NCBI GenBank assembly: GCA_039805285.1
Contig: JBDLUO010000057.1
Coordinates: 1-40,415, forward strand
Direction: 5' to 3'
Source: Bacteroidota bacterium
GTDB lineage: Bacteria > Bacteroidota > Bacteroidia > Chitinophagales > Chitinophagaceae
DNA: 40,415 bases
Position numbers and translations under genes: made by a program. This document shows, piece by piece, positions 27,810-37,921 of this stretch. The number at the start of each line of letters is the position of its first letter. Position 1 is the stretch's first letter. The notes beneath the pieces were generated by a model. That model worked only from the letters and a program-made list of their open reading frames with translations, was not told the DNA's origin and ran no database searches.

Positions 27810-28907
27810 ATGAGTGCGAATCATGAAAATAAACCGATTATTGGTTTCAGTTGTGGAGATCTGAATGGCATTGGATTGGAAACCATCATCAAAACCCTGG
27901 GCGACAGCAGAATTTTAGAGTGCTGCACCCCAGTCATTTTTGCCAATAATAAAGTCATCAATTTCTACCGAAAAACCTTGCCCGAAGTGAATATGCACCT
28001 TGCGGCATTAAAAGACAATGACTTATCCAAAATCAATCACAAACAGATTAATATTTTTACCTGCTGGGAAGAAGAGGTAAATATCACTCCAGGGGAACTC
28101 ACAGACCAAGGCGGAAAATACGCCGTAATCAGTTTACGTGCAGCGGCAGATGCGCTGAAAGCGGGAAAAATTGATGGTCTTGTAACCGCACCCATCCATA
28201 AAAAAAATATACAGTCAGACTCCTTTAATTATTCTGGACATACCCCATTTCTAAAAAAGCATTTTGGGGTATCTGATGTTTGTATGTTGATGGTGGCAGA
28301 CAACATGAAAATTGGTTTACTTACCGAGCATTTACCGGTGAAAGACGTAGCCAACTTTATCACCAAAGAAAATATTGCCAGCAAACTCAACCTCATGAAT
28401 CAGAGTCTGAAAAAAGACTTTGATGTTGCTAAGCCAAAAATTGCCATCTTAGGATTAAATCCACATGCGGGCGACGAAGGACTGATTGGAAAAGAAGAAA
28501 TTGAAATCATCAAACCCGCGATACAAGAAGCGAAGCAAAAAGGAATCATGTGCTTTGGGCCTTACAGTGCAGACGCGTTTTTCGCTAGAGGACAATACGA
28601 AAACTTTGATGCTGTGCTCGCACTATATCACGATCAAGGACTTATACCTTTTAAATCTTTATCGTTGGGAGAAGGCGTAAACTTTACTGCCGGACTCAGT
28701 GGTGTAAGAACATCTCCAGACCACGGAACAGCATTTGATATTGCAGGAAAAGGCATCGCAGACGAAACATCAACCAGAAAAGCGGTATTTACCTGCATAG
28801 ATATTATCCATGCACGAAACGAATTTTCGGATCAACGAAGAAATCCGCTGAGAAAGATGAGCAGACACGTAGTTGCCAATGCAGTAGACGAGCGTATTTC
28901 GGATTGA
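27810..28907 (+). CDS. pdxA: 4-hydroxythreonine-4-phosphate dehydrogenase PdxA
   Basis: GDLNGIG, TAPIHK, GHT, GLNPHAG, YHDQGL, RTSPDHGTAFDIAGKG. Confidence 0.95.
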   Translation: MSANHENKPIIGFSCGDLNGIGLETIIKTLGDSRILECCTPVIFANNKVINFYRKTLPEVNMHLAALKDNDLSKINHKQINIFTCWEEEVNITPGELTDQGGKYAVISLRAAADALKAGKIDGLVTAPIHKKNIQSDSFNYSGHTPFLKKHFGVSDVCMLMVADNMKIGLLTEHLPVKDVANFITKENIASKLNLMNQSLKKDFDVAKPKIAILGLNPHAGDEGLIGKEEIEIIKPAIQEAKQKGIMCFGPYSADAFFARGQYENFDAVLALYHDQGLIPFKSLSLGEGVNFTAGLSGVRTSPDHGTAFDIAGKGIADETSTRKAVFTCIDIIHARNEFSDQRRNPLRKMSRHVVANAVDERISD

Positions 28908-28908
28908 T

Positions 28909-29604
28909 CTATTTAAAAACTTGGTCAGAAACCCCTTTGTTTAACTTATAGCTTTTGATGGTGATTTCTGCCATCCCTTTTGTTGGATTCTTTTTGATGC
29001 CACTCGTTTTTTTACCATCATCAAAATCAAAAGTTAGTCCCTTAGGTAATTTATAATCCTTGGTGTGAAAAGTGAAATTGATTTTATCCGGCAGTGCCAT
29101 GCCGATGTATTTTCCATATTTCATTTCCAATTCGAAACTTCCATTTTCTCTTGTTGTGGTTTTGCTTTTTAATATCACTCGATTGTTTGGATCGATGTAT
29201 AATGTAGACAAAACAATATCATCCTCATCATTTTGTGGCAGCAGTTTGGCTACACGAACATTAACCCCCTTCCAAACCTCTGTTCCCTCATCAATGATGG
29301 TATAATTGTCGTCTTGCAACAATTGATTCATGTTGATGTTAACGGCACCTTTAGGTAAAAAAGAGAAACCGCTTGCGCTTTTAAGCTTGAGTTTGTTTGG
29401 CTTTTTATAATACATGGTTACTTTAGAAACAGGAATTTTCAGAAAACTCACATTGGTTTTCATGATCCCATCCGCTTCGTAGTCTACCACTTGATCCAAC
29501 CTTTCCCTCACCTGCTTAACCAACTGTTCGATCGATTGCGCGTAAGATTGAAAGGAAATAAATAATAAGAAAGCCAGTAATCCGTATTTGATATTTGTTT
29601 TCAT
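28909..29604 (-). CDS. Periplasmic LolA-like protein
   Basis: Signal peptide from ATG 29604 (MKTNIKYGLLAFLLFISFQSYA), and YYKKPNKLK and LYID motifs reminiscent of the LolA fold. Confidence 0.6.
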   Translation of the reverse strand: MKTNIKYGLLAFLLFISFQSYAQSIEQLVKQVRERLDQVVDYEADGIMKTNVSFLKIPVSKVTMYYKKPNKLKLKSASGFSFLPKGAVNINMNQLLQDDNYTIIDEGTEVWKGVNVRVAKLLPQNDEDDIVLSTLYIDPNNRVILKSKTTTRENGSFELEMKYGKYIGMALPDKINFTFHTKDYKLPKGLTFDFDDGKKTSGIKKNPTKGMAEITIKSYKLNKGVSDQVFK

Positions 29605-29615
29605 TTTTGCAGGTA

Positions 29616-30509
29616 TTAGGATAAAATGTCTTTTTTTCTGAAAGCATATTGAGCCCATCCAAAGAACAAAACGATGTGTGCCAAAAGAATGCTTATGCTG
29701 TTTCTTATGGAAGCCCAGTTTTCTACGCTACCCGAAATCGGCATTCCATCCGCATCGGTACCAATGTAGAAAAAACCTTTCCAGCCAACCATATAGGTGG
29801 TGAACAACCAAGGCTTAACATTCTTGTCGATTATCGGAACATTTATATTCGAAACGATGGTTAAAAAAACAACGATACAAACCGTGGCTACAATGGGACC
29901 AATTGAGTTTTCGGCATAGACAGACAATAAGATAGACAAAGAGGCAATAACCATCAAGGCAACTGCGGCGTAAGCAAAAGCAGCAACATATCTCCAAAGC
30001 ACATCATTTGCTGCTATCTGAAGTATTTGAGATTCATCCCCTTTAACCCGAAAAATCAGCATGTCGTCAACACCAAAAATCCAGGTGCTAACCAAAAGAG
30101 ATAAAAATGCCATCCAAATCAACAAAGCAACAGTAAAAATTCCGGAGGCAATGAATTTCGCCCACAAGAACTCGCTTCGACTAACCGGACGCGTGAGTAT
30201 GAGTCTGAGTGTCCCCATGTTGGCTTCTCCCGAAATGGAATCGCCTGCCACCAAAGCAACGAGTATCGGAACTTGAACCAGCAAGGTATTCAGAATCAGG
30301 TAGCACATAAAGTACCCGTTGATGGCTAGTTTTTTATCGACCTCGAAATTGTCTTGTATGTTTTGCAACATAAGATCCATGTAGCTTTTTCCATCTGCTT
30401 TAAAAGCAAACTGAAAAATCAGCACAATGGCGGCAATGGCAGCAAAAGCAATATAGGTTCTTGGCCTTTTTGCGATTTTGTAAAGTTCAATGGATAACAG
30501 TCCCCACAT
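29616..30509 (-). CDS. ABC-2 type transporter permease
   Basis: ELYK..KR start, GEANMGTLRLILTRPVSR..FLWAK, FRKKDI end, about 6 TM helices. Confidence 0.88.
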   Translation of the reverse strand: MWGLLSIELYKIAKRPRTYIAFAAIAAIVLIFQFAFKADGKSYMDLMLQNIQDNFEVDKKLAINGYFMCYLILNTLLVQVPILVALVAGDSISGEANMGTLRLILTRPVSRSEFLWAKFIASGIFTVALLIWMAFLSLLVSTWIFGVDDMLIFRVKGDESQILQIAANDVLWRYVAAFAYAAVALMVIASLSILLSVYAENSIGPIVATVCIVVFLTIVSNINVPIIDKNVKPWLFTTYMVGWKGFFYIGTDADGMPISGSVENWASIRNSISILLAHIVLFFGWAQYAFRKKDILS

Positions 30510-30510
30510 A

Positions 30511-31419
30511 TCAGTCGTTTTGAGTAAGTTGAATGAAATAATCTTCTAAGGAATGATTCGGCTGAACCGAAAGCACCGCAATGTTCTTTGATACTAAAAA
30601 TTGGATCAGATCAGGAACCAGATTGCGATCCATAATCAAACGAATATGGTCGTCGGTAGGCGCGAAAGAAACCAATCCGGGAAATTGATCTAAAACAGAC
30701 AACGTATTTTCTGGATGGGTGGTTTTTAGTTTAACCAAAGTTTGAGCCGGATCTAACAATTCAGACACCTTTCCTTCTACAACACAAGATCCTTTATGAA
30801 TGATGATCATTCGATTGGCAACCATTTCAATTTCATTGAGCAGATGAGAAGAAACAACGATTGTTTTGCCATGATCTTTATTGAGAGAAAGAATCAGTTT
30901 GCGCATATCAGCGATGCCTTGCGGATCTAATCCGTTGGTTGGTTCATCTAGGATGATGATTTCTGGGTTGTGGACCAAGGCCACTGCAATACCCATGCGC
31001 TGTTTCATACCCTGACTAAAACTGCCCACTTTTGATTTTTTCCGCTCAACCAAACCAACTCTTTCCAAATGGACGTCCACATCCTTTGTACTTAGCTTCA
31101 TGCCATTCATGCGAGCGAAAATGCGGATATTGTCTTCTGCTGATAAGTATTTGTATAAATCGGGTTTTTCGATGATGGCACCGATGCCGGAGAGTGTTTC
31201 TTTTCTATGACTGAGCAAGGATTTGCCCCAGTAATCTACGGAGCCACTGTCGGGAGAAATCAGAGACAAGAGCATTCTGATGGTCGTTGATTTACCCGCT
31301 CCATTTTGTCCGAGGAATCCGTAAACATCTCCTCGATTTACGGTAAAAGATAAATTTTTAACCGCTTGAAAATTTTTGTACGATTTATTGAGTTGTACTG
31401 CCTTGATCGCCGCTTCCAT
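30511..31419 (-). CDS. ABC transporter ATP-binding protein (BcrA-like)
   Basis: GQNGAGKST, FSQGMKQR, ILDEPTNGLDP, SSH, SLEDYF. Confidence 0.93.
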   Translation of the reverse strand: MEAAIKAVQLNKSYKNFQAVKNLSFTVNRGDVYGFLGQNGAGKSTTIRMLLSLISPDSGSVDYWGKSLLSHRKETLSGIGAIIEKPDLYKYLSAEDNIRIFARMNGMKLSTKDVDVHLERVGLVERKKSKVGSFSQGMKQRMGIAVALVHNPEIIILDEPTNGLDPQGIADMRKLILSLNKDHGKTIVVSSHLLNEIEMVANRMIIIHKGSCVVEGKVSELLDPAQTLVKLKTTHPENTLSVLDQFPGLVSFAPTDDHIRLIMDRNLVPDLIQFLVSKNIAVLSVQPNHSLEDYFIQLTQND

Positions 31420-31735
31420 ATGTTAGTATAACACCATCATCGTTGCTTTGTTCTATAGATTTTAAAGAATCAATCATTTCGAAAAAAGCAAGCAATGCCG
31501 TTTTCCCTTGTTTGGTGATTTGAAAAGAAGTAGAAGGATAATTTCCTTTGAAACGCTTTCTGATTTCCAAATAACCGGCTTTTTTCAATTTTAGCGCCTG
31601 TAAGCTGAGGTTGCCAGAGGAAAAACCCGTGTTTTTCTGGATCCAAATAAAATCCACCTCTTTTTGATGCAAAAGGCGACTCATCAGCTTTAAGCGCATC
31701 TCATGGAGAAATATGGGATCTAAAATAGCATCCAT
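31385..31735 (-). CDS. Winged-helix transcriptional regulator (HTH_34/MarR-like)
   Basis: LDP.....RLKLMS.L...VDF......G.SSGNLS....KL..AGY....K.F.G..P.T...IT..G. Start moved to ATG 31735. Overlaps the ATPase start by 35 nt. Confidence 0.8.
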   Translation of the reverse strand: MDAILDPIFLHEMRLKLMSRLLHQKEVDFIWIQKNTGFSSGNLSLQALKLKKAGYLEIRKRFKGNYPSTSFQITKQGKTALLAFFEMIDSLKSIEQSNDDGVILTYGSGDQGSTTQ

Positions 31736-32136
31736 ACCATTTTGTTTTAATCTGTTCAATCCAGCTAAAAAATGACCATTTTTTTGGAAGATTTAAAGAA
31801 AAAAGCAGATTATGCCCCTGATATTTGATAAAAATCATGACGATCCGTTCATTTTTACCTCCAAAATGGGTAGAGCCACCCTTCAGAACTCGAATGTACA
31901 AACTAAATTATTTTATAGGCTACTTAATTTATTTAACTTTATTGTTTTTCAACGGGTTAACGTATACGAATACACGAAAGTGCTTGCTAAAATGAAAATA
32001 AAACGAATCTATCTATTTGTTTTACAGCGTTTTATTTATTTATATTTTTATTATCTATAATTTATTGAGTCGTTAAACTTATTCACATTTTTGAAATTTT
32101 ATTTTTTTTTATGGGGTCAATTTGTAATTTAGCAGT

Positions 32137-32196
32137 AGAATTTAATGGGTTAGTAAGTACAAAGGGTCGACAGCAATGTTGACCCTTTTACTTTTT
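32137..32196 (+). ncRNA. Candidate orphan small RNA ending in an intrinsic terminator
   Basis: A -7-like box TAATTTAG lies at 32125-32132. Hairpin AAAGGGTCGACA-GCAA-TGTTGACCCTTT (32161-32188) is followed by TACTTTTT. No credible plus-strand gene ends upstream. Confidence 0.55.
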
Positions 32197-32317
32197 ACAC
32201 CTCTCCAGAACCTAGATTTTCATTCTTCTTTTTTCATCCACTCGTTTGTTTTTTTTAGAAAAATAAATTTCATTTCAACAAAAATTTCTTTCCGTTAATT
32301 GCTGTTACTTTTACCAC

Positions 32318-33688
32318 ATGAGCAAAACGAAAACATCATTTTTTTGTCAGCACTGCGGATATGAAAGTGCAAAGTGGCTTGGCAAATGTCCAACCTGTCA
32401 AGCATGGAATGGTTTTGTGGAAGAAGTAATTTCTAAAGGGAATGATTCGGCTGCAAAAGAGGACTGGTCTGCATTTCATGAACATGAAAAATCAAAAACC
32501 ATTTTGCTTGATGAGGTAAGCAGTGCAGAAGAAAAAAGAATGGTCACAGCCGACAATGAATTGAATCGTGTGTTGGGCGGAGGAATTGTTCCTGGTGCAT
32601 TGGTTCTTGTAGCAGGTGAGCCCGGGATAGGAAAATCAACTTTGTTTTTGCAAAATGGTCTTCAGCTTACCCAAACCAAAACTTTATATGTTAGTGGCGA
32701 AGAAAGTGAACAGCAAATCAAAATGCGCGCCGACCGTTTGGGCATATCAAATCCGAATTTCTTTCTGATTACAGAAACCGACACCCGGATTATTTTTAAG
32801 GAAATTAAAAAACTGAAGCCAGAATTGGTTATTATCGATTCCATTCAGACGTTGCAGTCTCCTTTTGTGGAATCTGCACCGGGTAGTGTTAGTCAGATCC
32901 GTGAATGTGCGGCCGAGTGGCAACGCTTTGCAAAGGAAACGCAAACTCCGGTTTTCCTTATTGGTCACATCACCAAAGACGGAACAATTGCCGGACCTAA
33001 ATTATTGGAACATATGGTAGATACGGTTTTGCAATTTGAAGGAGACCGTCATTATGCATATCGAATCCTTAGAACATTGAAAAATCGTTTCGGTTCCACA
33101 TCCGAACTCGGCATTTACGAAATGTCTGGACAAGGTATGCGTCCGGTTGAAAACCCTAGTGAAATATTAATAACGCAAAAAGAAGATCATTTAAGCGGCA
33201 TTGCCATTGCTGCAACCATGGAAGGCATGCGTCCTTTGTTGATTGAAACGCAGGCCTTGGTTACACCCAGCGTTTATGGAACCCCTCAGAGAACTGTGAG
33301 TGGTTTTGATCTAAGACGATTACAACTTTTACTAGCCGTACTTGAAAAAAGAGGTGGTTTTCATTTTGGAATGAAAGATGTTTTTGTCAATATAGCAGGA
33401 GGAATAAAAGCCGATGACCCATCCATCGATCTGGCCATTGTTTCCGCCTTGTTGAGCAGTTATGAAGATGTTGCATTGCCTCAAAAAGTCTGCTTCAGCG
33501 GAGAGGTAGGGTTGAGCGGTGAGATTCGTGCCGTAAACAGAATTGAACAAAGAATCGCAGAAGCAGAGAAACTTGGTTTCGAAAAAATCATCATAAGCAA
33601 GTACAATAAAATGGTAGAGAAATCATCTCAAAATATTCAGATTGTTGCATTGTCTAAAGTAGAAGAACTATATCAATTGTTGTTTTGA
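32318..33688 (+). CDS. radA: DNA repair protein RadA/Sms
   Basis: C4 Zn finger CQHCG...CPTC, GEPGIGKST, KNRFG and Lon-like C-terminus GEVGLSGEIR. Confidence 0.97.
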   Translation: MSKTKTSFFCQHCGYESAKWLGKCPTCQAWNGFVEEVISKGNDSAAKEDWSAFHEHEKSKTILLDEVSSAEEKRMVTADNELNRVLGGGIVPGALVLVAGEPGIGKSTLFLQNGLQLTQTKTLYVSGEESEQQIKMRADRLGISNPNFFLITETDTRIIFKEIKKLKPELVIIDSIQTLQSPFVESAPGSVSQIRECAAEWQRFAKETQTPVFLIGHITKDGTIAGPKLLEHMVDTVLQFEGDRHYAYRILRTLKNRFGSTSELGIYEMSGQGMRPVENPSEILITQKEDHLSGIAIAATMEGMRPLLIETQALVTPSVYGTPQRTVSGFDLRRLQLLLAVLEKRGGFHFGMKDVFVNIAGGIKADDPSIDLAIVSALLSSYEDVALPQKVCFSGEVGLSGEIRAVNRIEQRIAEAEKLGFEKIIISKYNKMVEKSSQNIQIVALSKVEELYQLLF

Positions 33689-33701
33689 TAAATCGGACCC
33701 G

Positions 33702-34391
33702 ATGATTCCTTCTTTATTCAATACATTGGGCCAAATGTTTTTTCCGCATCATTGCCATTGGTGCGGACATGACTTGGAAAACCGAAAAGTCATGCTCTGC
33801 TTTTCTTGTACACGTGAATTACCGAAAACCCGTTTCTCTTCCATAGCAAACAATCCGGTCGAAAAGATTTTCAATGGCAGATTGCACATTCATGCTGCTA
33901 CGAGTGCCTTTTATTTTTCTAAAGGCGCAAGCTTACAGAAACTGATCCACGAACTTAAATACAAGGAGAATCAAGCTGCAGGAAAATACCTGGGCAGATT
34001 GCTAGGTGCAGAAATACTTGGCAGCGATAGATTTCAAAACATAGACTTTATTGTTCCTATGCCTATGCATAAAACAAAAGAAAAAAAACGAGGATACAAT
34101 CAAGCCACTTGTATTGGAGTTGGTTTGTCTGATGTGCTGGGCATTCCCCTAAAAACAGATGGCATTCAAAAAATGAAAGCCACAGAAACGCAAACCAAAA
34201 AAGATAGGGCTGCGCGATGGCTCAATACAAGTGATGTTTTTCAGGTGTGCGACAAACATATTTTTGAACATAAGCGTATACTGCTAATTGATGATGTGGT
34301 AACAACCGGGGCGTCGCTCGAAGCATGTGGTTCAGAAATCCTGAAATCTAATGGAGCGAGCCTATTTCTTGCCACCATTGCTGTAGCTTAA
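33702..34391 (+). CDS. comF: ComF-family phosphoribosyltransferase-like protein
   Basis: CHWC...CFSC, LKY, RGYNQ, LIDDVVTTGAS. Confidence 0.9.
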   Translation: MIPSLFNTLGQMFFPHHCHWCGHDLENRKVMLCFSCTRELPKTRFSSIANNPVEKIFNGRLHIHAATSAFYFSKGASLQKLIHELKYKENQAAGKYLGRLLGAEILGSDRFQNIDFIVPMPMHKTKEKKRGYNQATCIGVGLSDVLGIPLKTDGIQKMKATETQTKKDRAARWLNTSDVFQVCDKHIFEHKRILLIDDVVTTGASLEACGSEILKSNGASLFLATIAVA

Positions 34392-34538
34392 TGTTTAGCG
34401 TAAATCATAAAAATATTTTTTATACCATTTTGATATGCTGCTCAATAATCTATAATGAAGTCTAATTCACGCAATTCATTTTAGGGTTTATTGCGATTTG
34501 AACTTCATCAATGCCGTCCGAATGATTTATTTTTGAAT

Positions 34539-35951
34539 ATGCGTTTATCCTACCATAAAATCATCATCTTCATTTCTTGTCTTGCATTGATGCTGAATAG
34601 TTGCAGCAAAGATGGATTCACTACAGATGCTGATGCCCAAGTGTCATTCAGCAAAGACAGCATAAAGTTCGACACCGTTTTTGTTTCGTCTGGATCGGTT
34701 ACACAATCCTTTAAAATTTACAATAACAACAACCAAAAAATACGCATCAGTCAAATTCGTTTGATGGGTGGGAATGCCTCCCCTTTCAAAATCAACATCA
34801 ATGGAATTCCTTCTGTTTCAACCACCGATTTTGAGTTGGATTCTGAAGACAGCGCCTATGTTTTTGTGACTGCAAACATCAATCCCAATCAACAAAACCA
34901 ACCTTTTCAAATTCGAGACAGCATCCGCTTCGACTGCAACGGGAAAACAAAATTTGTTCAGCTTGAGGCCTACGGACAAAACGCAAGATTCATTCGCGAC
35001 CTGAACATATCATCCAACACCACTTGGAACGATTCGTTACCCTATGTGATTTTAGGTCAACTATCGGTTGATAGCAATGTCATTTTGCGTCTGCTCCCCG
35101 GTTGTCGAATTTATGTTGGTGCAAGTGCTCCCATTATCATAAACGGCACATTGATTTCGGAGGGAACTCAATCCAATCCTGTCGTTTTTCGCGGAAACAG
35201 ATTGGATGAATATTATAAGAATCTGCCAGGGTCATGGCCAGGAATCTATTTTCGTGCTTCAAGTAAAAACAACCAGCTAACCTACACCCATCTTCTCAAT
35301 GCAAACGACGCGATTAGCCTGATCAATCCCTCGCCTCAATCCGCTACTCCGAAATTGACATTGCAACAATGCATCATCGATAATGCATTTCAATCTGGTA
35401 TTTACGCATATTCAAGTAGCTTTAACGCGACCAATTGTTTAATCAGCAATTGCAGAAAAAACATACAAATAGAAAAAGGTGGCGTTTACGAATTGGAACA
35501 CTGTACCGTTGTAGCTTACTCAAATGCCTTTATCCTTCACCAAAATCCCGTGCTTGAAGCAAGCGACTTTGCTGTTTCGGGAACGAATGAAACATCAGAC
35601 TTAAATCTACTCGTTAAAAATTCTATCCTCTGGGGCGAAGGCGGAACCAATCCGAATGAACTTAGGTTAAACAAAACAGGCAACGGACTTTTTAATGTTC
35701 GATTCAACAATTGCATCCTTAGATTAGATGTTGATCCTGCAGAGCTGATTGCCACCAATGTCATCAGAAACATTGATCCTTTGTTCGACAACATTGACAC
35801 CTACGAAAACCGTTACAATTTCCGAACATCAGAAGATGCTTCTGCACCAGGAATCGACAATGGCGCACCTACTTCTGTTTTGATCGATCTCGATGGTTTA
35901 CCTCGGGTCGTGAACGGAACCCCTGATATCGGTTGTTATGAAAAACAATAA
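34539..35951 (+). CDS. Lipoprotein with Ig-like and beta-helix regions and a choice-of-anchor-Q-like C-terminus
   Basis: From ATG 34539, MRLSYHKIIIFISCLALMLNS-C forms a lipobox. Also FDTVF, PGSWPGI and terminal DLDG.PR....PDIGCYE. Confidence 0.7.
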   Translation: MRLSYHKIIIFISCLALMLNSCSKDGFTTDADAQVSFSKDSIKFDTVFVSSGSVTQSFKIYNNNNQKIRISQIRLMGGNASPFKININGIPSVSTTDFELDSEDSAYVFVTANINPNQQNQPFQIRDSIRFDCNGKTKFVQLEAYGQNARFIRDLNISSNTTWNDSLPYVILGQLSVDSNVILRLLPGCRIYVGASAPIIINGTLISEGTQSNPVVFRGNRLDEYYKNLPGSWPGIYFRASSKNNQLTYTHLLNANDAISLINPSPQSATPKLTLQQCIIDNAFQSGIYAYSSSFNATNCLISNCRKNIQIEKGGVYELEHCTVVAYSNAFILHQNPVLEASDFAVSGTNETSDLNLLVKNSILWGEGGTNPNELRLNKTGNGLFNVRFNNCILRLDVDPAELIATNVIRNIDPLFDNIDTYENRYNFRTSEDASAPGIDNGAPTSVLIDLDGLPRVVNGTPDIGCYEKQ

Positions 35952-36000
35952 GTTTGGAAACAATTTATTCCTTTTGTTGTTATCCCATAAACCATTCGAA

Positions 36001-36579
36001 ATGAAATTGATTCTATTTTCAATTTGGTGCTTGTGTTTGATCTCCTGCACCACACCCGAAAAAAAACAAAATAATACAGAAATGAGTACCCTTCAATCCA
36101 GCGATTCTCTGCCAACCATACATACCCTTCAAGTGGAATCTTTACAAGGAGGTACCATCAATCTTGCCGATTTCAAAGGAAAGAAAATCCTTATTGTAAA
36201 TACAGCATCCGAATGTGGATATACGCCTCAATACAAGGCTTTGCAATCCCTCTATGCTTCCCACAAGGATAAATTGGTTGTGCTTGGTGTTCCGTCTAAC
36301 GACTTTGGCGGACAAGAGCCTGGCTCCAATGCTGAAATAAGCAGCTTTTGTGAGAAAAATTATGGAGTAACCTTTCCTTTGGTCTCCAAATCGATCGTAA
36401 CAGGCGATCAAATGTGTCCACTATATCAATGGCTCACACAAAAAACGAAAAACGGCATATTAGATGCCACTATAGGCTGGAATTTCAATAAATTTCTGTT
36501 AGACGAAAACGGACATCTCATCAAAAAATTCGAAAGCAAAGTAGCTCCAGAAGATCCTGAAATTCTGAACGCACTGTAA
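36001..36579 (+). CDS. Glutathione peroxidase-family lipoprotein (Cys type)
   Basis: NTASECGYTPQY, PSNDFGGQEPG, WNFNKFL. ATG 36001 gives a lipoprotein signal MKLILFSIWCLCLIS-C. Confidence 0.9.
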   Translation: MKLILFSIWCLCLISCTTPEKKQNNTEMSTLQSSDSLPTIHTLQVESLQGGTINLADFKGKKILIVNTASECGYTPQYKALQSLYASHKDKLVVLGVPSNDFGGQEPGSNAEISSFCEKNYGVTFPLVSKSIVTGDQMCPLYQWLTQKTKNGILDATIGWNFNKFLLDENGHLIKKFESKVAPEDPEILNAL

Positions 36580-36629
36580 TCTGTCAATATTGATCCCTGA
36601 GCCATGATTTTTTGGTTAATTTGCACCCT

Positions 36630-37856
36630 GTGCAATTCAAAGACATCATAGGACAAGAAGAAATCAAGCAAAAACTGATCGGGCTTTTCAGTCAAAACCG
36701 ATTGAGTCATGCTTTACTTTTTCTGGGAAAAGAAGGAAACGGTTCCCTTTCATTAGCTAGGGCATTCGCACAATATGTACTTTGCGACAGAACAAACGGT
36801 AAAAAACAGCCATCCTCTTCTATGGGTCTGTTCGGAGAACCCGAACCAGAAACAAACGATGAATCGCAAGATTTGAATGATTCCTGCGGCATTTGTCCTT
36901 CTTGTCAGAAATCAGCTCGTCTGGTACACCCCGACATCCATTTCACCATTCCTACCATCAGCGGGATAAACAAAACTAGGCCCACAATATCATCGGATCT
37001 TATCGAACCTTGGCGAAAGTTTATTCTGGAAAATCCTTACGGCAATACCTACGACTGGCTTCAATACATTGATGCAGAAAACAAACAAGGTAATATTACC
37101 TCAGAAGAATGCAACGACATCATTCGAAGAATGAATCTGAAGAGTTTTGAATCTGGGTATAAGATATTGATTGTTTGGATGACTGAATTGTTTGGAAACG
37201 AAGGAAACAAATTATTGAAGCTCATAGAAGAGCCACCTCCACAAACCCTGCTCTTTTTTGTTGCAGAAAACGAGGGGCAGATTTTACAGACCATACTTTC
37301 GCGCACGCAATTGATTAAAGTTCCACTGTTATCGAAGCAAGACATAGCCTCATCTTTGATTTCTAGGGAAAAGGCAGAAGCTGGAACCGCTGAAATTGTT
37401 TCTGCGTTTTGCGATGGGAATTATCGTGATGCGCTGTTGCAACTCAAACACAGAGATGACCAATGGGAGGTCATGTTGCGCGACTGGATGAACAGTATTT
37501 TAAAATCGGGGCCAATGGCTCAGGTAAAATGGGTTGAAGAGACTTCTAAGTTGGGAAGGGAAAAGCAAAAACAATTTTTACAATATTTTCTTCACCTGAT
37601 TGAGATGGCCATTACCGCCGAATTCAAAAATTCGGTATCAGCAGTTGAAGATGGCTCGCCACAAGCTGCACAGCTTGATTTTGCAGTCAAATTGAGAAGA
37701 ATTTGTCAGTTTCCACAATTGGAAGCCATGGTTTCGGTGTTGAGTGACTCTATCTACCAAATAGAGCGAAACGCCAATTCCAAAATGCTTTTTCATGCAG
37801 TTACGATTCGTCTGTTTCACATTATTAGCAACAAATCAGTAATTTTGGTACACTGA
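36630..37856 (+). CDS. holB: DNA polymerase III subunit delta'
   Basis: GTG start (MQFKDIIGQ), HALLF.G, CGICPSC, HPDIHF, NKLLKLIEEPP, TILSR. Sits upstream of ricT. Confidence 0.9.
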   Translation: MQFKDIIGQEEIKQKLIGLFSQNRLSHALLFLGKEGNGSLSLARAFAQYVLCDRTNGKKQPSSSMGLFGEPEPETNDESQDLNDSCGICPSCQKSARLVHPDIHFTIPTISGINKTRPTISSDLIEPWRKFILENPYGNTYDWLQYIDAENKQGNITSEECNDIIRRMNLKSFESGYKILIVWMTELFGNEGNKLLKLIEEPPPQTLLFFVAENEGQILQTILSRTQLIKVPLLSKQDIASSLISREKAEAGTAEIVSAFCDGNYRDALLQLKHRDDQWEVMLRDWMNSILKSGPMAQVKWVEETSKLGREKQKQFLQYFLHLIEMAITAEFKNSVSAVEDGSPQAAQLDFAVKLRRICQFPQLEAMVSVLSDSIYQIERNANSKMLFHAVTIRLFHIISNKSVILVH

Positions 37857-37921
37857 GCCTTTTGAAGCAGTAGCTTCGAATGGCATCAGCATTCATTTCA
37901 TTCATTAAAGACACTTGATAT

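Noticed and set aside
31812-32060. 82-aa ORF in the spacer before radA
   Set aside because: AT-rich, low-complexity translation rich in F/Y/I/L with no motif. More likely non-coding, though not excluded.
31900-32110. Possible replication origin (AT-rich, TTATTCACA at 32079-32087)
   Set aside because: Only one good DnaA-box-like match, no cluster, no dnaA nearby, and no skew switch I can see by eye.
37861-37880. Hairpin TTTGAAGC-AGTA-GCTTCGAA between holB and ricT
   Set aside because: Short, with no U tract and no other support.
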